From the IMG/VR virus record IMGVR_UViG_3300048691_000224: a stretch of DNA of 64,000 bases; one strand, given 5' to 3'. Below the pieces are notes generated by a model. The model was not told the DNA's origin, did not search any database, and worked only from the letters and a program-made list of their open reading frames with translations. The position numbers and the translations under genes were made by a program. The DNA is from a virus (Duplodnaviria; Caudoviricetes). This document shows positions 51,347 to 61,298 of the stretch, piece after piece; within the stretch, counting starts at the first letter, position 1, and every line of letters begins with the position of its first letter.

Positions 51347-51422
51347 TGGCAGGCCGGGCAGGGTTCGAACCTGCGACACTTCGCGTCAAAGGCGAATGCT
51401 CTACCAGCTGAGCTACCGACCG
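51347..51422 (-). tRNA. tRNA-Gln(TTG), second copy
   Basis: TTCGC-CTTTGAC-GCGAA; unpaired 1:72; G73; CCA. Confidence 0.8.
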
Positions 51423-51431
51423 ACAAAAATA

Positions 51432-51505
51432 TGGTGGACCGTCCCAGAATCGAACTGGGACTATAGCTTGCAAAGCTATCGTGTTACCATCTATACCAAC
51501 AGCCC
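51432..51505 (-). tRNA. tRNA-Ala(TGC)
   Basis: G3.U70 pair, TGC anticodon, CCA. Confidence 0.9.
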
Positions 51506-51522
51506 TTTTGTTTACGCGTGTG

Positions 51523-51597
51523 TGGGTCAAATAATGGGGATCGAACCCATGCTAACAGAATCACAATCTGTGTTGCTACCATTACAACATATTTGAC
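51523..51597 (-). tRNA. tRNA-His(GTG) with genomically encoded G-1
   Basis: GTG anticodon; G-1:C73; CCA. Confidence 0.9.
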
Positions 51598-51600
51598 ATA

Positions 51601-52218
51601 CTATAACTCACCAAGTTGTTGTGCGCTAATCACGATCCTACGTGCTTGGTGTTTATTGTCGATTCCCCAAATTTCCTTGTTTCGAACAAGCGCCCGATAC
51701 TCAACGTCACTGTTAATTTGGGTAATTTCTCGAGGTGGTATCAGACTTACGTAGTATACCCACAAATCAATACGTAACGCATCCAGAATCCTATTGTCCC
51801 AGAATCGTTGCCCATCTTCCGTTTGTTGCGAGTCGGTAATGATTGATCTATACTTCGGCAACAAGCACTCGAAGAATACAAATTCGGTGAGCCCCCTTGT
51901 CTGAAATACCTGGGAGTCTCTCCACACCATTACTTGCTGTGCACAAGTTGTTCTGAGGTATGAGTTCGAGCCAACAGTAAATTGCATTGCGTATGCCGCT
52001 CTCTGAGTATCATGTTCGATCAGTGCGTATGCTCTCGTCGACTCGTAAAGAGTATAGTCGCCTATTTGTTTGATCGCTATTGGTCGCTTTGTTTCGAAAA
52101 ACTTGTGAGTAAATGCGGCATTCTTAATGTCATCCATCAGATGAAAATCTGTCGGAAACACAGACTGAGGCAGTTCAAACAGCTCCTGCGGCTTGACCTG
52201 TGATTGTATAAATTTCAT
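51601..52218 (-). CDS. Hypothetical protein, possibly GNAT-like
   Basis: TRGL...TDSQQTEDGQRFW is reminiscent of an acetyltransferase fold. Confidence 0.4.
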   Translation of the reverse strand: MKFIQSQVKPQELFELPQSVFPTDFHLMDDIKNAAFTHKFFETKRPIAIKQIGDYTLYESTRAYALIEHDTQRAAYAMQFTVGSNSYLRTTCAQQVMVWRDSQVFQTRGLTEFVFFECLLPKYRSIITDSQQTEDGQRFWDNRILDALRIDLWVYYVSLIPPREITQINSDVEYRALVRNKEIWGIDNKHQARRIVISAQQLGEL

Positions 52219-52233
52219 TGTGTATCCTAATTT

Positions 52234-52307
52234 TACAGCTACAGAGAATTGAACTCTGATTACTGGTGATGAGAACCCCAGCGTCCTAGACGTTAGACGA
52301 TAGCTGC
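52234..52307 (-). tRNA. tRNA-Glu(CTC)-like, slightly atypical, no encoded CCA
   Basis: GCAGCTA/TAGCTGT acceptor; CTGGGG-TTCTCAT-CACCAG; CAGAG-TTCAATT-CTCTG. Confidence 0.7.
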
Positions 52308-52344
52308 ATTTATTTTTCGGCTCTTGCTAACCGATCGATTCATC

Positions 52345-52490
52345 AATATGATGGTCAGGATTTTAACCTGACGTTTCCACGGGCACGAGTATCCTTATTT
52401 AGACGACTACAGTTAACCCGTAGATGAGTTTCAAAACTCACGTCTCTCGCTGTTGAGGTATCCTAATCTCTAGATGACATCATATAATTA
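52345..52490 (-). pseudogene. Two tandem degenerate Glu/Asp-type tRNA relics
   Basis: Each has a GTCT/ATCT..AGGAT D-arm and a T-arm-like hairpin, but broken anticodon and acceptor stems. Confidence 0.5.
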
Positions 52491-52497
52491 AAAATTT

Positions 52498-52571
52498 TGG
52501 TACAGATACGGGGAGTCGAACCCCGCTTAGTAGAGAGAAAATCTACTGTCCTACCGATAGACGATATCTGC
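52498..52571 (-). tRNA. tRNA-Glu(TTC)
   Basis: Cloverleaf, TTC anticodon, CCA. Confidence 0.9.
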
Positions 52572-52623
52572 ATTTATTTTTGTGGCTCCTTAGACAGGCA
52601 TCTCGAACCTGTATATTACGGCT

Positions 52624-52697
52624 TGGTCAGGGTAGAAGGAATCGAACCTTCACCACGACGTCCCAAACGTCGCATGATACCATTTCACCACACCCTG
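52624..52697 (-). tRNA. tRNA-Pro(TGG)
   Basis: Cloverleaf, TGG anticodon, CCA. Confidence 0.92.
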
Positions 52698-52699
52698 AT

Positions 52700-53530
52700 A
52701 ACTAATTAGATCTAAGTGTGCTCCTGTTACAAACTGCCGGTGAGGCCTGGCGTAGTGCACACTTAGATCTAATTACTCAGGGTTGAGAGACACAAATTGT
52801 ATTAACGGGAGGAATGAGGCATCAGCGACCACTCATATTACCAACTCACAAATTAATACAAAGCATTTCACGCCCTGAGTAATAAGATATTATTTCACAC
52901 CTATTTGTTAATGATCATTTTTGCTACAGAATTCGATGATTCTGAGTGCACATATAATTGAAAAGAGCCTTGTAAATTACTTGGCTCTTTTTGTGTTTGT
53001 TATAATTCTTATTATTCTGAGGGATCAAATTCTTTTTCGATCTCCATAATTTCGATTATCACATACACAGGGAGCTTTACAATCCGCCGGCGTCCAATAA
53101 TTGGCTTCCGTCTGGCAATGTTCACTTCCTGTATTATACGAATTCAAAATCATTTCTTGATCTCTTTATTTGCTATCTGTCTATTATATATGCTTTATTT
53201 ATATAAGTCAACAATTATTTTACCAAAATTTTAAAAATATTTTCAAATCAAAGTTTAGAAAGGACTTGAACCTCCCATCCAATAGGATAGCAATTGAACG
53301 CCGCCCCGACTGCTCTACCAATGAGCTATAAAATTTGATTTGAAAATATTTTAGATTTTCTAACTACTTAGACCCCATTATCAACATTTATTTGAACAGG
53401 TCAACAATTATTTTTCAACTTGAAAAATAAATTTAGAAAGAGCGGGTAAAGGGAGATCGAACCCTAACAACTTAGTGGATTTCTCGATAGGTAATATTAC
53501 CTCCTATCGCGGCACAGATCCTCAATACTA
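52700..53530 (-). ncRNA. ORF-free island of structured ncRNA candidates with internal early promoters
   Basis: Two 19-bp perfect inverted repeats, tRNA-derived D/T arms, promoters at about 53180-53210 and 53370-53403. Confidence 0.55.
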
Positions 53531-53531
53531 A

Positions 53532-55187
53532 TTAGGAGTCTACTAATCTATGCCCGCACGAAGTTGGCTGCCTTGCAACCACTCTTTCTGAATTTATTTT
53601 ATACAAGAATTGCACTAAAAACTGAACACAGTACTCGGTTGGATTTGCACCAACTACCACCTGATGGTTACAGGTCGTACTATTCTCATGGGCTTTATAG
53701 CTAATATTTCCCACTACCTTTGTACTAGCTCTACTATTTAAGCTATCGTTACACTGTTCAGATTTTAATGTAATCCTCACTTGATATCCATTATCAATGA
53801 AGTTTCAAACAAGTCAACAATTATTTAATTTACTTTCTGGCCGGTGCTGGAATTGATGCACAAAAATCGGCTGGTATTAGAGTCTCCAATTTTACTAGCC
53901 ACAAGCAATGTGGTGCTTGCATTTTTGCAAGCAAGTTCTGATGCATAATTACCTAACACAGCTGGTGCAGCTAATGGATTGTGGAATGATGCTGCAATGT
54001 AAATTAGTGTGTATACGGTCGCCATTTTGAATTTCCTTTATTAAACTTGCTCTTAGGGTCTATTATACCCCAAATCGGAGTAAGGTCAACAAGTAATTCA
54101 AGTTTTTATGGTTTTAATCAAAAAAAGTTCAGATATCGTGGTAATCCCAGTTTTCAATACATGAACCATATGATTCGATAAAATTATTGTAGGCAGCTTC
54201 CGTCGAGGCTTCTACCAACGATTCTAAATCTCCAACCACTTTACCGTACACTAGGTGTGATGCTTCAAAGTGGTTCACCCACTTGTAATAGTCTTCATGA
54301 ACTTCCGCGACCACTGTCCATCCAGACACTTCATCATATCCAATACAAACTGGATTAAGCGTAATTGCTTCTGTTCTTCTTTGCACACACGAGTTAACTT
54401 TAAATGGTAACTCGTCAACGGTAGGGACAATTGGTCTGTTCAAAAACTCGGTTAATGCTTGATTATTCATCATTGATTCCTTCGGAGTACAATCTATCTG
54501 CCTCATCGCACGGGTCTTCGTCGAGTGGATTAGTATCAATCATGATGTGCCCGATGTGAATTTTACCATCTTCAGTTGCACAGCACGGGTCACCAATGAA
54601 GTGTTGGCCAGCGAGTAGCGTTACTTTATTTTTCATGTCAAACTTTCAGTTACAAAACCGTTGATGCGTCGATACAATTGTTGTCTGATTCCAAAAACCA
54701 GTGTGCGTCAATTAGTACCCCATTCACAGGAACTCGACTAAGTTTTGTTGAGCTATACAGATTGATATTAATATAATGTCTCCAGAAGTCACCACAATCG
54801 AGGTATGCTTGTGGTGACCTTGTTATCTCACAAGCATACCGATATGCTGCACCGACAATAGGTGGTGAACGGTGTACAATATTCCGATACTTGCGCAGTA
54901 CGTCTGGGTGAGCAGTGTATTTAAACATTATTTTGATCTACTCACATCCAATGGTCATCTACCGACCCAAACGCCAGACTGTCGGTTTGCTGAAGTTCGA
55001 CGAGTGCACACTTAACCACATATCGACCGTGTTGTTCGTCTTGTGTTAGATCAGGGTCTTTCAAGAAATATTCTACGGCGGCACCTTCTATGAAATCCTG
55101 CAACTCTCCATCCAGAACATATCGTTCCTGTAGATGTGGCATCACATATTTCATCGATGTTACTAATAGTTTCTTTGAATATTTCAT
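53532..55187 (-). other. Small hypothetical ORFs (53825-54025, 54129-54539, 54650-54928, 54942-55187; 53532-53780 doubtful)
   Basis: ORF track; early promoters. Confidence 0.5.
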
Positions 55188-55254
55188 TATAGGCTTTCTA
55201 TCGTATATTGCTCTTAGGGTCTATTATACCCTAATTCACATCAATGGGCAACAG

Positions 55255-55896
55255 TTATTTTGAACTTATTTTTCCGTTTGGACTAGCATTTTTGAGCCAG
55301 TGTTGATCTGTCTGCACGTGTCCAGCCCTGACGTACTTTGTGACACAAGAGCTGAAGTTCTCGTAATTGAATGCGCGTGTCGCCCTCACAACAAAACCTT
55401 CCTCAATCGCAGTATCAAGATTTGCCGCGAGTTCCTTGAGTGCACTCTCATCATATACACCTCTATACAGTTGTTTTGGTGTTGGGAGGGAAAATAGTTC
55501 AGCATACATCAGCGTGTCGTCGTATGACAGGCAAGTGTCATCATTCCACACAGACAGCAAATATAGGTACCCCTCCAGGTAACCATCTGGATAGTGGATC
55601 GAATGTTTGGCATATACATTCTCACAACACAGCCTGTGACCGGTTGGTATATCGTGTGCAATTTGTGAGTGAATTTTCTTAGCAATGTCACGAGTCCAAT
55701 TAGACACCGAGTCGATCGAACGTGCGTGGAGATACCCATCTGGGTACAGCGTGGTGTTTTCACCATCCATTTTCAGCGTCACGACAACTTCAGATCCGAT
55801 CAGATCCTCCATAGATTGGATGACCTTGTCGTCTGATTGGAGGCCTGGGGAGAATGGTAGGTGGTACGTTCGAGGGTATTTTGTTCTAGAGGTCAT
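55255..55896 (-). CDS. RNA ligase family protein (KYPRT type)
   Basis: KYPRTYHLP, KMDGEN, HARS, EEGFVVR and KYVR motifs. Confidence 0.88.
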   Translation of the reverse strand: MTSRTKYPRTYHLPFSPGLQSDDKVIQSMEDLIGSEVVVTLKMDGENTTLYPDGYLHARSIDSVSNWTRDIAKKIHSQIAHDIPTGHRLCCENVYAKHSIHYPDGYLEGYLYLLSVWNDDTCLSYDDTLMYAELFSLPTPKQLYRGVYDESALKELAANLDTAIEEGFVVRATRAFNYENFSSCVTKYVRAGHVQTDQHWLKNASPNGKISSK

Positions 55897-55910
55897 ATAA
55901 TGGACGGTAA

Positions 55911-56303
55911 TCAGAATGAGTGCGCGGCAATTTTGTACTTTGCAGCGATCTCGATTTTCTTGGCATCAGCTCTCGCCAAATCTACCATTTGGGCGGCATA
56001 GAATTCCCGTCCACTCTTCACGCCTGAGTTATTAAGCTCCCGTAACTTATTACAGTGCATTAGGTACTCAGTGCTATTGGTGTATTCCAATTTCGCTGCG
56101 GTTTTGATCGCCTCACGAGCGCATGTGATGTTCTGCTTAATTTGAGTGTAGCCTAAGCCTGTATGTTTAGTTGCGCATACACGACCGTAATTGAACACTT
56201 CACCAGTTCGCTCAACTAGGATCGTGAATTTCAAGCCAGATTTCCCACAGCAACCACAGGTAGTGATCGAGTCGTCTATTCCTAGTATGTTCATGAATCC
56301 CAC
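55911..56303 (-). CDS. Zn-finger hypothetical protein
   Basis: TCGCCGKSGLK...YGRVCA. Confidence 0.6.
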   Translation of the reverse strand: MGFMNILGIDDSITTCGCCGKSGLKFTILVERTGEVFNYGRVCATKHTGLGYTQIKQNITCAREAIKTAAKLEYTNSTEYLMHCNKLRELNNSGVKSGREFYAAQMVDLARADAKKIEIAAKYKIAAHSF

Positions 56304-56384
56304 CTTATTTTGTTAGATGATTCAATTATACCCCAATTTCAGATCAGGTCAACGCACACCGTGCTTCGTGGCTGACACCACAAT

Positions 56385-56747
56385 CTACGTATAAAATGCG
56401 TAATACAACAACCCAATATACGTCAGCGAGTGTAGGAACTGATCTAGTCCAAGCAACCACCAGAATTCTCCGTGAGTATTTGGTCCAAATCCATAGTGCG
56501 CATTAATATTCATCTTCGCCCAATCAATATGGTAGTGAACAACAAAATCAACCAGAGCAGCAATCATTGCGGTACTGAGTGATAGTAGTGAGAAGCAGGC
56601 GAGTGTAGTAATACCGTGTAGTCCAGCGTGCAATAATCCACCTGGGTGGAAATATGTACCTTTGTTACTCCACTGATACTTTGTTTGTATTAGGAAATCA
56701 ACAACGAAATGTTTAATTACCAGGAGTGTGAGAACTATTAGTATCAT
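56385..56747 (-). CDS. DUF3307-like membrane protein
   Basis: KHFVVDF..Q, HAGLHG, HYHIDWAK and DQFLH motifs. Confidence 0.8.
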   Translation of the reverse strand: MILIVLTLLVIKHFVVDFLIQTKYQWSNKGTYFHPGGLLHAGLHGITTLACFSLLSLSTAMIAALVDFVVHYHIDWAKMNINAHYGFGPNTHGEFWWLLGLDQFLHSLTYIGLLYYAFYT

Positions 56748-56756
56748 ATCAATTCC

Positions 56757-58529
56757 TTATAACATAGATGTTGCCTCTTTGATTAGTGCTGGCAAGTATG
56801 ACCGCTTAATAGCGTCAAATACTTGTTCTGCATCATCTATATCAACATCAAAAGGCATCGAGCGTTTTAATAATACAGTCCCACCAAGTTCAATGAAAAC
56901 ATCCACTAATCCTACCGAGCGCACGTCGCCATCGGACAGGAATAGTACCTTGTTGTAATCAGTAATGTGTGCTGTAATATTGAAGAAATCATGGTCGAAT
57001 TGTTTAATCATTTTGGCTCTTAATATTATTCACCTACATCAATATAGAATGGTACATTTACTGTGAGATTATTGACACGCTGTTGAATCAATTCCTTCGC
57101 CTCAATGTGATTACCAGCAACTAACAAATCATATACATCTTCGATTAGTTTTACACAACGCTGCTTATCAGCCATCACAATTTCCCAATCAGATCGAGGG
57201 AGATAATCAGCGGGCACATTGACGTGTTCTGAGAAGTTCATTTTGAATTTCCTTATGAATGGGATGGTTCAAAAAACATTTCGATACTATCTGCAATAAA
57301 CCAGTTGTTAACCAACAAATCAAAAATAATCATAGTTTATTCTCCAGAATATATAACATTGCTATAGCTTCATTTTCATCACGGATAGTTGTGTATAGTG
57401 TAGCCAATGCGAGAAGTCTATTAGAGTTGATAATATTATCAGCACGTGTTTGATTAGCTAATTCAGTTGATTTTACTTGAGCAGTCACGTCATCACAATA
57501 CTTCTGAACATTAATTTCTACTTGTTTGGTATGTTCAAACAAGTCAGATATGTACTTCTCAACTTTATCAGTACGATATTGATCGCTAGCAGCGGAAATT
57601 TCTTGTATTTCATCCAATGCAGTTTTAAAAGATGATTTGAGTTCATCCACCATTTCTGTCATCGCATTAGTGATATTGGTATTTTCCATTTTGAATTTCC
57701 TCAAAGTTTGTTGGTTACAACAATCATACACATATTTGGGTATTTGCTACAACATTGATGGTTGAGATTTTATACAATAGTTGCATATCTAATCAGTTGA
57801 GTTCTATTTTTAGTAAGCATGAGGGTATCCGGGTCCCTCATATGGTGACTATACCCACACCACAAGAGATACCACTTTCCAGGAATAGTAAATACTTCAT
57901 CAACAGACAAAAGTTTCCTAGTATAGGCTAATATGGCCCTAACACCCACAGAATCTGTGGGTGTTGTCATATAACCAGCCGGTTGGCTCGCACTCAATTT
58001 GAGTGCGAGCTTTATATCTAGATTATAATACTGGGAGTTCCTCACAATACGACACCAGTCATCAAAATTATGCAATATCATTTTATTTTCTCTTTCCTTA
58101 TAGATGGGATGGTTCAAAAAACATTTCGATAATATCTGCAATGTCACTAAACGTAAACTTGCCAGAATCATTGATTGACGCTAATTGCTGATTCCCAATC
58201 CTATATCCAGTTTTATCCTGCATCTTTTTGACAAACTCTAGTTGTTCATCAGATGTAACAATAACTAATGGATTTTCTGTTTTCTCATCTAGCGTTGGAA
58301 ATTTATGCGATGATCTACGACCAGTAACTTCATCAAAGTAATACCCACACGTATCATCAAATTTAAACCCAGAAACCTCACACAGTACACCAAGGCAACA
58401 GTGAGAACACGTACCTACTTCTTTATCCTCAGTTCTAAGAAGTACTCTACCTTGATTATATTCGCCAGAGCGCAGAGCAATCAACCAGTTGGTAAACTGT
58501 TCTTGTGATAAAAATAGTTGCTGTTTCAT
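56757..58529 (-). other. Hypothetical ORFs (56757-57011, 57026-57241, 57330-57731, 57770-58080 region, 58098-58529 with W..ALRSG.Y.Q/CCLGVLC motif)
   Basis: ORF track. Confidence 0.6.
57259..58142. repeat. 39-bp direct repeat, one mismatch (57259-57297 and 58104-58142)
   Basis: atgggatggttcaaaaaacatttcgata(c/a)tatctgcaat. Confidence 0.9.
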
Positions 58530-58559
58530 TTTTGAATTTCCTTCATGATAAATTATTAC

Positions 58560-58634
58560 TGGTGAAACGGGTGGGAGTTGAACCCACTTCCCCCATCTTA
58601 TGAGGATGGCGCTCGACCGTTGAGCTTCCGTTTC
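58560..58634 (-). tRNA. tRNA with CAT anticodon (elongator Met or lysidine-Ile)
   Basis: Cloverleaf; CCATC-CTCATAA-GATGG; CCA. Confidence 0.88.
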
Positions 58635-58645
58635 AATATATTAGT

Positions 58646-58720
58646 TGGTCCGGCGTAACGGAATCGAACCGCTATTTGAAGAGTAGAAATCTCCAGTATT
58701 ATCCATTATACGAACGCCAG
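58646..58720 (-). tRNA. tRNA-Arg(TCT)
   Basis: Cloverleaf, TCT anticodon, CCA. Confidence 0.88.
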
Positions 58721-58724
58721 ATTA

Positions 58725-61165
58725 TTAAAGATGTTTTAATTTGTATTCTATAGTACCGCTGCACCACTCACGAAACCCCACCATACCCTCCACATTGGCG
58801 TTGTGGTGAATAATTTTCAATAATCGTTCCATTGATGTAACTCGCTCCTGAAGAACTTCAATTACATCTGCTGCTGTATCCATTACGGTATCGCAACTAA
58901 TCGCTCGACCAGTTTCATAGTCACACACCTGCCCATCACGCAACGATTTTTTGAGGGCTGTCAAGTATTCAGGGCTTGTGATTATGGATTTATATTCAAT
59001 AGTCATTATCAGTTCGCTCCATTGGAAGAAATTTCCTGTACTTCTGCCAGTGCAGTCACATCGAAAGAGTCAGCACCGATGCTGAGATACCCTGTAGACA
59101 TGTTTCCATAACGATCAGCAATTGCTAGCGCCTCGTCGCGGTCCGCGACTGTCACTCGGATAGTTACTGTGATATCAAATTGCATATGTGTACCTTAGTT
59201 GAATTGTTTGTCGATACGGTAATTATCTACCCTAATTTGCAAAAGGTCAACGGTTAATTTTTGTTAATTTTCCCCGTTGGTACGCATATATAAGCGGCGG
59301 GAATATATGTAGGTAGGACGCCCATCATGCGTCCTACAGTAATGTGATTCAAGATTTGCGCTTTAGCTTGTTCACATGCAGTCGGAGATGCGTATTCACC
59401 AAGTAGTGTAGGAGGGCTTGAAGCTGATGCGGCAAAAAGCAAGATTGTCAAAATTGTTGTGGTCATGGTATCCTTAGATTGGTTGCGCTTTGGGTCTATT
59501 ATCCCCTAATTTACAAAAGGTTAACTACTATTATCTCAAAATTAATTTCACATCACCAACGGAGATCCAATGGGTAATATATCCATAACAATCAGTGTCT
59601 CCTTCATTAGCGACAAAGCCATATTCACTAAAGTAATAGTCTGCCACAAATCTACCCCTACCAATGGGTCTGAGGTCGTGAATAGCAAACACCCGTTCGC
59701 CATATTTTGGAGTGCGGGCGATGACATCTACCCACTCAGACATTCTTGATATCAGCGACTCATGTTTCTGCCAGCGTTCAGCGTATTCAGCATTAGTCAA
59801 CTTTGGTTTCGGTACATATCCAGTAGTAAGTGGATCATACTCTGGTGTTGTAGAATATGAATCAATTTCCCCTAAAATTAGGTCTGCAATGTCATCACAA
59901 TCGATGAGTAGATTACTACCCGCGAAGGATATTTTAGGACCAAATGCTTGAGGCAGGGCGACATAATCTGAATCAGGGTGATCTTCATCCCACCTTTTCA
60001 GCAGTTCAGCCATGCGTACAATTTCTGCGACTAGTGTATCGGACGAGTCGTCGTGGCGTACGTTGATAGTTTTATCATTCATGTGGACTCCTCAAGTTGT
60101 CTAAGTTCATACTCTTGTAGTTCTAACCAACAAATTTTAGGTTCGTTGAGATTTGCAAACTGATAGAACCAACCAAGCGGGTGGCGCTGTGCACCCAAAT
60201 ATACCAGGACTACAGTACTGTTTATATATTTGTAGTTTTTTCCAACTGACATTTGAGATAGGTACATTTCTACTCCAATACACTCAAATACAGATCAACA
60301 TCCCAATAGTGCTCATTAGCCTCATGCACCAAAATTTCAGCATGCAGCTCATCTACCATTGCCACAAATTTCTTTACATCGGTAAGCTCATCAGTGATTA
60401 ACCTGGTTGCACGTTTGGAAAGCGCCCATCGGTCAAATGTTTCATTGCTTTCCGACAATTCAAATTCATTATCACAATTGATCCGCCAATGCCTGTTCTT
60501 ACCAATACCGACATAATCACCATCTCGAATTGGTTCATTATTGTACCGACGTAGATTAGCTGCTTTAAGGAATGACCCTTTGATTTTCTTAATCATTTTG
60601 AACTCCAGTGTACGTGTGTTGCCCAGTCTGGTTTGTTGTGCAGCATAGCAATATTAAATTCTGTAGAGGAATCATCCTGCATTACACTAGAACAAACAAT
60701 TGTAGATGGGTCATAGTAAAAATCACCCTCATGTTTGCATGCATAGTGCGGGTCAAGGTCTTCATCCTGATATTCTTCACACTCAAGATCTAAAAGAAAA
60801 ACTGGAATTGGCTCCACCCAACTCGACTCACTCCACTTTGTCAGTGATGCAATGTGATTATCTGGTGCTATTTCGATCATAATTTACTCTCAGATTAATT
60901 GTTGTATGTTGACGACACATCTATGCGAAACCCAGTCATTATATTGGCTGGCTTCTATCACGCCAGATACATGTTGCCCGTCGGGTGTAACATAAACAAT
61001 CTTTACACCGTATGCTGAAAAACTAACACTAACTAATTCATTAGATAACCCACATTGTTTAGCAAAGCCGCCAGTAAACTCAAACATGAATGAATTTTCA
61101 TTTGCAAAGATGAATTCTTCGGCGGTTGACAAATAATCTAAAAATTCACCACGTAAACTAGCCAT
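58725..61165 (-). other. Hypothetical early ORFs (58725-59006, 59254-59466, 59531-60082, 60079-60267, 60270-60596, 60593-60880, 60890-61165)
   Basis: ORF track. Confidence 0.6.
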
Positions 61166-61184
61166 AATTTAAATCTCCTAATTG

Positions 61185-61285
61185 TAGTCTCTATAGGGCT
61201 CGAACCTATTTCATTACCAAGTCAGCGACGCCTGTTTTCTGACTAATCGAAGGGTAATGGTCTTACCGTGTTAAACGAAGAAACC
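61185..61285 (-). tRNA. tRNA-Arg(TCG)-like gene with a 27-nt hairpin insertion in the anticodon loop
   Basis: GGTTTCT/AGAGACT acceptor, D-arm, CATTACC/GGTAATG stem, ATAGG-TTCGAGC-CCTAT T-arm; insert at 61219-61245. Confidence 0.7.
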
Positions 61286-61298
61286 TTAAATTCACATA

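Noticed and set aside
50590-51754. Plus-strand ORFs over the tRNA region (e.g. 50590-51090, 51396-51596) and 47174-47362, 49106-49745, 52497-52709
   Set aside because: Antisense shadows of tRNA genes
52580-52620. Additional tRNA gene
   Set aside because: Only a T-arm-like fragment (also near 50900-50920); too short to call
52703-52775. SRP RNA, c-di-GMP riboswitch or twister ribozyme
   Set aside because: Only fragmentary resemblance; the conserved cores could not be matched by eye
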